Positions 43,252-53,757 of a stretch of 64,000 nucleotides of DNA are shown here, one piece after another. The position numbers were made by a program, and so were the translations under genes. The notes beneath the pieces are model-generated. The model was given only the letters and a program-made list of their open reading frames with translations, was not told the DNA's origin and ran no database searches. Each line of letters starts with the position of its first letter. The first letter of the stretch is position 1. The DNA is taken from NCBI GenBank assembly GCA_000004985.1, contig GG738856.1, one strand, 5' to 3'. The stretch is from Naegleria gruberi. Taxonomy: Eukaryota.

Positions 43252-44572
43252 TCAGTTGTGGAAAGAAGAGTAACATTCAATTGTTGTTGCGAGTTGCTCT
43301 CTGGCTTCGTAGAACCCATCTTCTTCAAAACCACCATCTCCCACAATCCAGTGAACGAAAGCTCTCTTACTATACATCAAATCAAATTGTTTCAGAAGGT
43401 TTTCAAGATAGCTTGTGATAGAGGTAGTATTGTTGGCAATGTGCATTACATTTGAAAAGTTGAAAGACTCTGGGTAGACATTCTCTGGCCCCTTGTTTGA
43501 TATTTGATATTGGGCTTTTTCTGTCTCATTTGAAAATTTCCAATCAGTTTTGAGTTTTTCTGAAAGTAAGCTTGTGTGATTCTTTGAAAAATCGCCTCTC
43601 ATTGCTATATTCATTGCTATGGTAACACCATTATTGGCCATATTCATTGAGGTATTTCTTGAAAAGATATCCTTTATGCTCAATTCAGTCATGGATGTAT
43701 CTTGCAAGTTTACAAAACTATTGCATATTATGTTGGCATTATATGAAATAGGAAGAGTTTCACACACATCACGTAAACTTCCTTCATTTGAATCTAATCT
43801 GAGATGTTAATGTTGAAATGTTTTGTGAAATCAGATGGTTCATTTCCTTAAAGTTTGGATTCTTTATACCACTCTCCACGCACGCATTTGATAGAGCATA
43901 ATTATCATACGAAAATATAGATTGTACATTATCATGAATATAATGCAAGGCAATAACTGCATTGTATGGCTCCAATATTGATGTAGAATAGGTTTCCGTT
44001 GGAAAAATTGAAAAGCATGACTTGATCATAGTGTCAACAATATCGTGCCCATATTTACTTACCATTGGAAGTTGAAATTCATGGGCCAAATCATAGATAA
44101 GAGAAGAGGTCGATCCAGATCCAGTTCCTCCACCAAGAGAATGAGTAACCAGTACAGTCCCCATCGAATCACAATTTTCCACCATTTTCCTCACTCTCTC
44201 CTTAACATAGTCCCACATTTCTCCACTCATGATGTGATATCCTTTTCCAAAATTTGATGAAGCATCATAATCTGCATAATCAATAGGGGAAACTATATTT
44301 TCTTCCTTAAATTGAGATTGAGATCTTGATGATGCCTTGGTCAGTCTCTGTATTTGTGAGTCTGTATCAAAGAATAAACATCGAGCATGATAAACATTCT
44401 CCATTCTGATAGACTCATCATATAAACATGATAGATTATTAATGCTATTGTTTTGTTGGCCAGGGTCAAGGGAACAAGAAGGTAATTTGTGTTCTTTGGC
44501 AAATAAATTCCAAAGATCAATTCCGATCTCACACCCACAATTGCCAAAATGAAGAAAGATCAATTCTTTCAT
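43252..44572 (-). CDS. divergent tubulin-superfamily protein, frame interrupted by an apparent 1-nt indel near 43787-43789
   Basis: N-terminus MKELIFLHFGNCGCEIGIDLWNLFAKEH is tubulin-like. Signature VTHSLGGGTGSGSTSSLIYDL. C-terminus ...QFDLMYSKRAFVHWIVGDGGFEEDGFYEAREQ. Far more divergent than alpha, beta or gamma tubulins (possibly a delta/epsilon/zeta-type). The two track ORFs 43784..44572 and 43252..43767 join as ...TSQIRF|(N)EGSLRDVCETLP (compare tubulin SLRFDGALNVDL) only if one nucleotide in the run ttcaaatg is skipped. Confidence 0.65.
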
Positions 44573-44632
44573 TTTTTTTAATATAATTGATAATTCAATT
44601 TTAATACTACTATTATGTTAACATTTACAATT

Positions 44633-46444
44633 TTACTTTTTTTGTGTTCTAAACAACTCTCTGTACGATAAAATCTTTTTCTTTGAGAAATTTCTAATGC
44701 CAAAACTCTTCTTGATGAGTTGACGACAATCAAACATCTTTTGTGAACTATCTTTGAGAAGCATAAAAGCTGCTTGGAAGTCATTACACTTCATTAGTTC
44801 CTTTTCGAGCAGTGTAAGATAGGTCATACCAATACGATATAAAATCTTGTACTTTTCATGAATAAAGCAATCCCAAATTCTCAATGCCGTTTCTACTGGG
44901 AATGATGTCAAATAGAGGCAGAGGAACCAATTTGGAGAAACCATAATAAATAAATTAGACTCCAGTTTCACCAGATGGTTTGTTACCTTGGGTATTCTAT
45001 CTAAACAAAGATGTTGCAAAACAAATGATTCAGAATAAACACCTTCCATACTTGAATCATACAAATCTGGTGGCATGTAACGATCTATAATTCTATCAAG
45101 TGTGAAAAATGCTTGTTGCACATTCATTCCTACCACTAACATTATACCAGCCAGGAAGTTCATTGATTGACAATATCCAACCTTTGGATTATGTAATGAG
45201 TACAAATAGAGAACATTTCTCAAAGCAATTTGATTGTGTGGATCTTTAAAGAATGGATGAGTTGGGAATGTTCTATCAACATCCTTACAAATGCAAACGA
45301 AATTCTTATCCTTTTCTCTTTCATCAATAGGAATAGCGAGTGCCTTTTCTTTCAAGTTATCAAAAATATCTTTGTGTGTTAAATATTGATAGTTTGCTCC
45401 ACTAAATAATTAATATCCACTACTACTGATCATCAATAACACACTTACCTAATAATATACCACATTACTGCTCTGTATTCCATAGGAATTCCCTTTCTTA
45501 CTAATTTTTTAAAATCATTGGATTCTTCAATAAAGTGGAAAATACGTTGTTGTTCATATTCCTCTAAGGTTGTAAATCCCTTAGCTCCGATATTGTGCTT
45601 TTGAATAAATTCTTGCCATCTCTTTCTTTGACTTTCAATTTTCTTTGCATTAAAATCCTTATGTTTTTCAAATAATTCCTTCATATCTCTGACATTTCCA
45701 TCATCATCAGAGAGATCAAATCCATAATTTTCAAGATACTTTTTACTAACATCAACAGGTTTTGCTTCCATAATTTCCAAATCTAATGTTTTTGTAGCAA
45801 TACCAATTGTTCCTGAAGAATCTTTACGAACAAAATCAACCTGTTCAACATCAACTTGTATCTGAGCAACAGCAACAGCAGAAGTAACACCTACATTACC
45901 AGCAGCAACACCATCACCTACAGAAGAAGAAGAAGTCGATGGTGCATTGTTTGTTGTTTCATCCATTTTTTCAAGGCTTTTTTCGTTCTTTCCGTTGCTA
46001 CTGTTGATGTTATTAGCTGTTGATGAACTATGATTGTTATTGTCCTTGTTGGTATCATCCTCTTCATCATCATCAGAGGAGGAGGAGGACATGAGATGGA
46101 ATGGATCATCGTCCTCTTCATCCAATTTAAAGGTTCCATCAATGATATTTTGTTTGTACTTTTCAAAATCCTTGTCGGTGATGAGATTTTGTTTGTGATA
46201 GTTGGAGAGGAGATCTAATTGTTCCTTTTGCTCTTTGGATAGTCCTATTGTTGTTATTGTTATTGTTGTTATTTGTTGATGTTATGATTGTTATTGTTGT
46301 TCATCAATGTTGAAATGAAAAAATTGGTTAATAATTGTTGTTGATTGGTGACTTACCAAAGTGCTCTACTGGGTTGGGCTAGGTAACAATGTTAGTTGTG
46401 ATGATTTTTCTCATGTAATCACTTACCACGTCAGATGAAATCAT
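44633..46444 (-). CDS. TBC-domain Rab GTPase-activating protein, 4 exons
   Basis: Exons 46444..46427, 46378..46357, 46244..45449 and 45401..44633. Introns 46379..46426, 46245..46356 and 45402..45448 are all GTAAGT..AG. The two 5' micro-exons are inferred only from canonical splice signals plus frame. TBC motifs: RKGIPMEYRAVMWYII|SGA (RxxxW), IPIDEREKDKNFVCICKDVDRTFP (IxxDxxR arginine finger) and VGYCQSMNFLAG (YxQ glutamine finger). The track ORF 45445..46125 begins at a TTG. Confidence 0.7.
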
Positions 46445-46673
46445 TTTTTTCACAATAAATTTTCAATCACTTGACAGATAACGTTTGGTTGACAAATAAT
46501 ACCGCAGACAGAAGAATGAACAAAATAAAACCATGATTATTAAGAAGTACTCGACAAATAAGATATCAAACGGTTGCATCGCGATTTTTGGCTCTTGTTT
46601 AAGAAAGTCCTCGAAAAAAGTTGTCAATTACTACTAGAAACTTGTAAGTTGTAAACTCAATTATTGTTAAATT

Positions 46674-48050
46674 TTAATGGAGAATCAACATGCTGGCAAC
46701 AAATACTGCCAAAGCAATTGCTGAAATGAAATTGAAGGAGCCAGAATTTACAGAGCTTGCTGGTTGAATTGGAGTCAATTGAACTTGTTCAACATATGGA
46801 ACAATGTCAACATCCATATCTAAACCTTGGAAAGAAGAAGTGACAACATAGTTGGCATCTGCAAAGTTTTGGTTCATGCATTTGTAGTATTGAGCGAGTT
46901 GTCTTGCACATTTTCCTTTGAAAAGAGTTGATTCAGTATCAATGAAAGTTCTCTTATCATTGGTCAACTTGAATGGCCTTACAAGTCCATATTGATTCCA
47001 CAAACAAGCATCAAAATTGATTCTGAAACCTTCACAAGTAGTCTTCATGCAGGATCCTGATGAAGTGGAGGTAATATTAGATCCTGGGCATAGGCAATAG
47101 TCAACTTCAAGTGACATTTCATTAACAGTGTTATATGAAGGAACACAATCTGTAGAAACTTTACAAGATTTTGAAATCGATGCACAAACGGTATTATTAC
47201 AATAACCACTGAAGCATTCATCATTGGCAGAACATGTCTTTCCATTTAGGACGCTATTTCTTCTGACACATTGATTATTTCTGCACATCATGAGCTTAAC
47301 TCCACTTGGTCCACATTCATTATCACTGACACAATACTCACCTGCAGCTGCAAGCTTGGATTGACAAGTGGATGCTACAGCAGAGGCTGAGGTTTTTCTA
47401 CAGATGCCAACACATGTTTTGTCGCTAGTACATGTCTCACCAATATTCAATGTGGCCACACATTGGTTTGTACTACAAATCAATCCACTTCCACAGACAG
47501 ATAATTTTCCATCCTCAATCATTGAACAATTTGCACCAACAGCAGTCTTGGTGTTTGTGGCCATACAAACAGAATTGTAACAGGTTGAATCAGCTACACA
47601 AGTTGAAATTGTGTAATTGTTAGTTTGCTTAAAGCATACTCCACCAACTGGGAGAGTTTGTTCAACAGTCATAACTCTACACTTTCCAGCATAACAAACT
47701 GAAGGCATGGATCCAGTTAAAACACACTCCGAGTCAGAAATACAATTATCGCCTGTATATCTAGCTTCGGATACACAAATTCCATTTCTACAAGCCATTA
47801 CACTCAAGATGCAGTCAGAGCTCTTAGAACATTGTGTTCCTCTCTTTTGTGTAAAGATATCCGAAATTTTCTTACAAGAGTTGGAATTGAAAACACTTCC
47901 TATTAAACACTTATTACCAGTCTTTCCGTAGAGTGCAATATTATCATCAGAGGCAAAGAATGAGGTACAGCTTTGAGCATTAAGGAAACCCACAAGAGCC
48001 AATGAGCAAATCAACAATAATAAGGTGGCACCAGAAGAGATGTTTTGCAT
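46674..48050 (-). CDS. secreted cysteine-rich repeat protein with a GPI-anchor-like C-terminus
   Basis: Signal peptide MQNISSGATLLLLICSLALVGFLNA. About 60 Cys arranged in repeated C-x(2-4)-D/N-x-EC...C...GKC modules. C-terminal S/N-rich omega region followed by a hydrophobic tail, SGSFNFISAIALAVFVASMLILH. Confidence 0.6.
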   Translation of the reverse strand: MQNISSGATLLLLICSLALVGFLNAQSCTSFFASDDNIALYGKTGNKCLIGSVFNSNSCKKISDIFTQKRGTQCSKSSDCILSVMACRNGICVSEARYTGDNCISDSECVLTGSMPSVCYAGKCRVMTVEQTLPVGGVCFKQTNNYTISTCVADSTCYNSVCMATNTKTAVGANCSMIEDGKLSVCGSGLICSTNQCVATLNIGETCTSDKTCVGICRKTSASAVASTCQSKLAAAGEYCVSDNECGPSGVKLMMCRNNQCVRRNSVLNGKTCSANDECFSGYCNNTVCASISKSCKVSTDCVPSYNTVNEMSLEVDYCLCPGSNITSTSSGSCMKTTCEGFRINFDACLWNQYGLVRPFKLTNDKRTFIDTESTLFKGKCARQLAQYYKCMNQNFADANYVVTSSFQGLDMDVDIVPYVEQVQLTPIQPASSVNSGSFNFISAIALAVFVASMLILH

Positions 48051-48310
48051 TTTTTATAAACAGAAAGCACATCCATGTTGAGTTTTGCTTGTCTATTAAG
48101 GATGAATCCTTTTAGCACACACTTTTGGATACACCTATATTAGTTGACCAAATGTAACTATTGAAGGGAGTGAAAGATAGTTTATCAAATCTCCAATAAT
48201 AAACCTCGTATGTTTGGTTGATGAACTTTTATCAGCCATTTATTGGTTCATAGAACAGTAAACAATTTCTTTCAATTCAATCAAAACACTTTTTAAAAAA
48301 AACATACAAG

Positions 48311-49468
48311 ATGCCAAGAGAAGTTTATGAAGGAGAAGGTGGTGCCTCATTCGGTGGAGATGAAGCTGATACAGGAGATTTTGATAAGGGAAGATGGCTG
48401 GATAGTGTATTATTTGATATGAACATTGATCCAATGATTGAATTGGGAGAGAGTGAACATCCGAATACAAGCTTATTTGATGATCATTCTGATATTTTGG
48501 AAAAGATCAAGGATCAAAACGCCTTTAGAGTTGCTCCATACTCTGGAACACCAATGCCAAAGGTTAATCCTGAGAGTGGTGTGTTACTCTCTGGAAAATA
48601 TGCTGAAGAAGACTTGAAGGTTTCCTTCAATCCAAGTTTGTTTGATATTTGCAAATTTACATTCTTCCTTAGAGTATTTGTTGATGCTGAATCAGAAAAC
48701 GTTGTAACCTTTGGAGAATCATACAGATGGTTGGGTTTATTCAAGAATAGACTTACTTTCAATAATCAAGATCAAGCTGTGCAAATCAATGCCATTATGG
48801 ATAATGCATGGAATGAAGTCATGTTGAGCTTTTCTTATGATCAGGATTCAAACTCGGGAAATTGTTTATTGATTGTAAATGGAAAGGAATATGATGCTCC
48901 TTTGAAAGAACCTCTTAGTATTCTCAGTGCAGGAGAAAGAACAATTAGCTTTGATAGTGGATTCTCCTTTGTAAATTATTCAAATGCAAGATGTTTTAAG
49001 GGAATTGTTGGAAGTGCAATCATGCTCAACCAACCATGTACAAGCTTCTCAGAATTGAAGCAAGTTGGTGACTTCTTGCTCGCCAATCACAAGAAGCCAG
49101 TAGATTCTTATGCATCAGCAAAGGATGTCAAGATTGATGTTGCAGAACCTGTTCACATTGAATCTGAAGACGAGTATAATAAGATTGTGAAAAAGAATAG
49201 ATTGCTTGTTCTTGACTTTTTTGCTACATGGTGTTGCCCTTGTACATCAATTGCTCCTAAATTTACTCAATTGGCAAACAAGTATAAGGATGCTGTTTTT
49301 GTAAAAGTTGATGTTGACCAACAACCTTCAATCATGTCAAGATATGAAGTGAACTGTATGCCAACATTCGTCTTTATTAAAGATGGAGCAGTAATAGATA
49401 GATTGGAAGGTGCTGACTCCAAGACTCTTGAATCCAAAGTTAAATCATTGGTAGAGCTTTTACAATAA
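48311..49468 (+). CDS. thioredoxin-domain protein with an N-terminal 270-aa domain of unknown type
   Basis: C-terminal 105 aa is a thioredoxin fold: LLVLDFFATWCCPCTSIAPKF...VFVKVDVDQQP...CMPTFVFIKDGAV. The active site reads WCCPC rather than WCGPC. The N-terminal domain is unrecognised. Confidence 0.65.
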   Translation: MPREVYEGEGGASFGGDEADTGDFDKGRWLDSVLFDMNIDPMIELGESEHPNTSLFDDHSDILEKIKDQNAFRVAPYSGTPMPKVNPESGVLLSGKYAEEDLKVSFNPSLFDICKFTFFLRVFVDAESENVVTFGESYRWLGLFKNRLTFNNQDQAVQINAIMDNAWNEVMLSFSYDQDSNSGNCLLIVNGKEYDAPLKEPLSILSAGERTISFDSGFSFVNYSNARCFKGIVGSAIMLNQPCTSFSELKQVGDFLLANHKKPVDSYASAKDVKIDVAEPVHIESEDEYNKIVKKNRLLVLDFFATWCCPCTSIAPKFTQLANKYKDAVFVKVDVDQQPSIMSRYEVNCMPTFVFIKDGAVIDRLEGADSKTLESKVKSLVELLQ

Positions 49469-49613
49469 ATTAATAACTACTAAATAATTCAACTTCTTTT
49501 ACTATTATGCTTTCTTTAAAAGAAAGTTTTCAAATCGTTTCGATCTTATCAGAAAGAATTTGTCTTTGTCATTTAATTACAAATTTAAGTGTTTATTCAC
49601 TTAAGAATAAACA

Positions 49614-51911
49614 TTAATTTAATTGGAAACTTCTGCTCAATATTTCTTCTTCTCGCAAGTGTTGTTTGAATTCCGCCAGCTTGTTTCTCAAACTTTTGAT
49701 GGCTTGAATCTTTCTAACCAAAATACAATCTAAGCTTGTTACATATTTGTCTATTGTTGATTGAGGTTGATCAACATCGTTCAGTAATTCCATTTCTTGT
49801 TTCATTAATTCCATAATGTCATCAATATGTTCTCTGTGTTGGGCAATAACCTCTTCTTCCTCGTCTAAAATCTTACTGATTAGTTCTTCGTGAGCTCTCT
49901 CAAGTTCTGCCTCTCCTACATCTTGGAAGTGAGGAGGTAAAACAACTTCATTATTTTCTTGCATAATATCGGCATCATCAAAATCTTCATCATCTAAATC
50001 TTCGTCCACAATGTTATCAGAAGTCTCATAGTCTTGTTTATCATAATCCTTAATATCATATTCTTGCTTATCATAGTCATCCATTTGCATATCATCATCT
50101 TCAACTTGATAATTATCAACTTGATAGTTATTATTCACTCTCATTTGGTTATTGATATTTTGATTAATGTTCATATTTTCGAACACTGGTTGTTGGGGTT
50201 GAGGAGTAGGAGTGAGATCTTGCCTTGGTTTAGCGGCAGCTTTACCATTTCCACTTCTGAGTTCTTTAACTCTGTCAGCATATCTCAATGTATTCAAACT
50301 GTGTTCGCACGAATTAGAAGATGGTGAGGCATTAGCAATCATTACAGTCTTGGAGTTTCCTATAAAAGAATCTTTCAATACTTCTGTCAGTTTGCTTCCT
50401 CTGAATGGAACGTGACTCTTACCACGATCCAAAGATCTAATACATTCCTTAAGTGCCAACAAACTCTTATTGATATCAGCACCTTCCAACCTTGTTTGCT
50501 TGTCACTGTTCTTTGTATCAGCACCTCGTTCAGAACCAGCAAGATCTATGAATGAGAATTTACCATATGGCTTATCATTGTACTTTAAAACAATTTGTAA
50601 TATAGCATGGGAACGTGAGGAGTCAGAGTTAGCACCAGTTGAACCAGTAGCTCTGATGGAAAGACCTGTATCTATCATACCCATCAAATCTTCTACACTA
50701 TTTACACTATTTTCTGTCAATCCGCAAATACTGACCATATTCTTAGCATCTTCACGAGCAAATACCTTCTTTCTATTATTCAACAAATCAAATAATTTAC
50801 CACCATAAATTTCATAAAAACTGATCCAAACACTCAATTCTGACGAGAGTCTTTGAAAAATGTCACTAGCAGCAAGTAAATATAAACCCTTTTGTCCATT
50901 TTTACCCATCATGGTAAATGTTTTACCACTTCCTGTTTGTCCATAAGCGAAACAAGTGGCTTTACCCTTATTGAAAATGTGATCAACAAGTGGTCTAGCA
51001 GTCTTATTATAAATTTCAACGTTATCACAATATTCATCAAATATTTCATCAAAACAGAATTGATGTTTTTCTACAAATTTTGTAAGATCGACTTTTTGTT
51101 TAGGTTCGTGTATAATTAACTCGTTATCATTTACAACTTCCAAAATATCAGTTTCACCTCTATTCTTTTCGTTATCATTAAGAGGTCTTTTACGAACAGC
51201 AACTACAATATTTGATCTTTGTCTTTTGCCAGCTGCTGGTGGTTGAGCTTGTTGCTTATTAATGATATTATTATTATTGATAATGTTATTGTTGTTGCTA
51301 ACAACATTAACCATTGGTTTACGAGGTTGTTCTTGTACAACAGGAGTTGATTTCACTGGATTCCTTACTACTTTTGGTTGAGCATTATTTTGTTGCATAA
51401 TTTGTTGGAGTGATTGTACTTTTGGAGCTTGGAATTGAGGTTGAGAAGATGCTGGTCTCTTATTGACCACATTATTATTGTTAACTTGATGGACTTCAAA
51501 GGCATCGAAATTGGTATCGTTATTGTTACCCATATTATTCACGGCAGCATCCCAATCATAGAGTGATTCTTCGGCATTGCCATAATTTTCTTTCTCATCA
51601 TCAACAAATGCCTGTGCTTTAGGATTCAAATCTAAAGCAGGACATCTATTGAGTGCCATTTGTTCATTCTCAAAATTTCCACCTGATGATGAAGATGATA
51701 TATTTTTCTTGGCCACTTGTATTAGTTCAAAGAATTTTCTTCTATCTCCTCCGTTGGATACACCAATTTTATTGGCGACATCTTGTACTGATAGCTGTGC
51801 AATAGCTTCAATACTGGTTACTCCGTTTAATTTTAATTGAGAGTAGTAATGATCGAGTGAAGCCTTCTCGAGATATTTAAACAATACAGAAGAGGCGCTC
51901 TCTGAAGGCAT
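49614..51911 (-). CDS. kinesin-13 with an N-terminal SAM domain (KIF24-like)
   Basis: The central motor has the kinesin-13 KVD loop ([24 protein letters not shown]) and the P-loop [21 protein letters not shown] and [11 protein letters not shown] are present, and the motor is internal, which is typical of kinesin-13. The N-terminal 70 aa ([56 protein letters not shown]) fit a SAM domain, as in centriolar KIF24 (from memory). Confidence 0.8.
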   Translation of the reverse strand: MPSESASSVLFKYLEKASLDHYYSQLKLNGVTSIEAIAQLSVQDVANKIGVSNGGDRRKFFELIQVAKKNISSSSSGGNFENEQMALNRCPALDLNPKAQAFVDDEKENYGNAEESLYDWDAAVNNMGNNNDTNFDAFEVHQVNNNNVVNKRPASSQPQFQAPKVQSLQQIMQQNNAQPKVVRNPVKSTPVVQEQPRKPMVNVVSNNNNIINNNNIINKQQAQPPAAGKRQRSNIVVAVRKRPLNDNEKNRGETDILEVVNDNELIIHEPKQKVDLTKFVEKHQFCFDEIFDEYCDNVEIYNKTARPLVDHIFNKGKATCFAYGQTGSGKTFTMMGKNGQKGLYLLAASDIFQRLSSELSVWISFYEIYGGKLFDLLNNRKKVFAREDAKNMVSICGLTENSVNSVEDLMGMIDTGLSIRATGSTGANSDSSRSHAILQIVLKYNDKPYGKFSFIDLAGSERGADTKNSDKQTRLEGADINKSLLALKECIRSLDRGKSHVPFRGSKLTEVLKDSFIGNSKTVMIANASPSSNSCEHSLNTLRYADRVKELRSGNGKAAAKPRQDLTPTPQPQQPVFENMNINQNINNQMRVNNNYQVDNYQVEDDDMQMDDYDKQEYDIKDYDKQDYETSDNIVDEDLDDEDFDDADIMQENNEVVLPPHFQDVGEAELERAHEELISKILDEEEEVIAQHREHIDDIMELMKQEMELLNDVDQPQSTIDKYVTSLDCILVRKIQAIKSLRNKLAEFKQHLREEEILSRSFQLN

Positions 51912-51961
51912 AATGATGTTACTTCAATTTTTTTTTAATATTTAGAATTTGGAGGTTTAAA

Positions 51962-51974
51962 TTTTGGCGCCAAC
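51962..51974. promoter_or_regulatory. E2F-like palindromic site TTTTGGCGCCAAC, about 50 bp upstream of the kinesin-13 ATG
   Basis: The same 12-mer TTTTGGCGCCAA recurs at 62922..62933. Its GC-rich palindromic core matches the TTTSSCGCSAAA E2F consensus. Confidence 0.45.
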
Positions 51975-52141
51975 TTGTTTTGTAACGTTGTATTGAATTG
52001 CCCCGCCTAAAATAATTCATTGAGCATCGAAATAGATTCTTCATTATCTGTATTATCTCAGTAGGCCAATTCATGAAATTGGAAGAATTTTTCAATGTGG
52101 TTTTATTTACAGGTGTCCTAGAGGTGTGTTATTCGTTTGAT

Positions 52142-53294
52142 TTACTTTTGCAATTTGCTCAATGCAACACCTACTGTGAAACCACTGGCAAGCATTGATG
52201 CTACACCAATCATTCCACCAAAACTCAAATTAGCCATTTGGGATAAACCTTGTCCAGAAGTGCAACCATGTCCAGCTCTTGCACCAAAGAGTAATAAGAA
52301 ACCAGATGCTATAGCCCAGCACTTTTCCTTATTACTGAGCTTCTTTGGTTCAGCACGAGTACCAGCAAGATAGGAGGAAAAATAACTTCCTCCAACAATG
52401 CTCAAATCAGAAATCAATTGCCACAAATATTTAGCACTCTTTGAGATTGTGAATCTTTCAAAGTACTCTTGCTCAACTGGCAAGTATCTAGTAATAAATG
52501 TTACTGCAGTAACAAATGCGGACGAAGTTCCCAACGTAGTTTTACAAATTAGATTAACTGGTACTTGGAGAGCTCCCAAAGCAAGACCAGAATAAATTGG
52601 GTGCCATTGTCTTCTCTTGAGGAGACACTTTTCAGTACTGATGAGATCAGTCTCTGGAGTTGGAAAGAGCTTTTCCAAAGTACAAGCAATACCAACAAGC
52701 ATTGTACCTACTGGCAATGCAATGCTCCACATTGGTTTACCAAGAAGTCCATGAAGAGTATTGAATGATCCTGGAACTTCTGTGGATTCCAATAAACTGT
52801 TAACAGTAGGATTATTGATCACAATTCCATAGACAGTAGCTCCAATAATACCACCCAACAAAGTATATAAAGAAGATGGTACACCTTCACCAGCTTGGGC
52901 CAAAACTATTAATTTCCAAATCAAAATCAGCATTCCAAAAAAAGAGAACTGTTAAATCACATACTCACAAAAAATAGTAATACTAACCTGTACCAGGACA
53001 TGCACCTCCTAGAGCCATTCCAACACCCATAATAGCACCTCCAGAGATTGTACTTCTGAGATTAATATTAATTGGGGAGAGTGTTGCAACACCCATCAAA
53101 TCCAACAAACCCAAAGAAATTGTACTTGCTCCCGAAGCAGACAAGAAGGTCTTCATCATGGACCAACTTTTTAGAGCCATTTGGTTCTTAATATTTTCAG
53201 GAGAGGACATTCTACTCTTTTGCAAAATTATACCAAAAGCAAGACCTTCTGGAATACCAACACTGATGGCAGCAGTACAACTTGGACTAGACAT
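52142..53294 (-). CDS. YeeE/YedE-family (sulfur-transport domain) membrane protein-like, 2 exons
   Basis: Exons 53294..52988 and 52948..52142; intron 52949..52987 (GTTAGT...CAG, 39 nt). The join is in frame: ...GGACPGTG|VLFFGMLILIW... Polytopic and hydrophobic. Two copies of the family hallmark G-x-x-x-G-x-C-x-x-G, near the end of each half (GMALGGACPGTG and GARAGHGCTSGQG). Confidence 0.55.
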
Positions 53295-53757
53295 TTTTTA
53301 TCTTTTTGCTTAAAATTGTTTTTGTGTGGTTGTTTGAGCATTTATCTGAAAAAGAGACTGTCAAGTTTTCTTTGGTCCGTTTTAAATGTTCGTCGCAAAC
53401 ATGATGTTGATAATGACCATGATTGGCCATGTCCATAGCGGCGAATTAAGGAACACTCGAGAGGACTAGGATTGAAAACACAGTGTAGTAGGTACAACAT
53501 TAGAGGTGAAGTTTAGAGATGTATCTTTTGTTGTATCGATTAAGATTTAAGTTCATTCTCGTTATTAGTTACTAACATACAAGTTAATAAGAAAACAATG
53601 TGAATACACCTTCGGAAGTATCATCACTACAAAATATTTGATTGGATGACAAATGTTGTAGAGAAATGGATGATGCAATCCATACAAGTTGAAAAGAACA
53701 AGTAAATTCAACGGTTTCCTATTTTTTTATTATTTAAATATTTATTATTTAAAAAAA

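Noticed and set aside
45445-46125. ORF-track protein starts MDEEDDD (also 41304, 59593, 61263)
   Set aside because: These M residues are TTG codons rendered as Met by the ORF finder. The real models use upstream exons (TBC gene, pseudoGTPase) or a downstream ATG (61338).
53401-53460. ccatgtccatagcggcgaattaaggaacactcgagaggactagg looked vaguely tRNA-like
   Set aside because: No GTTC T-loop, no D-loop consensus, and the stems do not pair.
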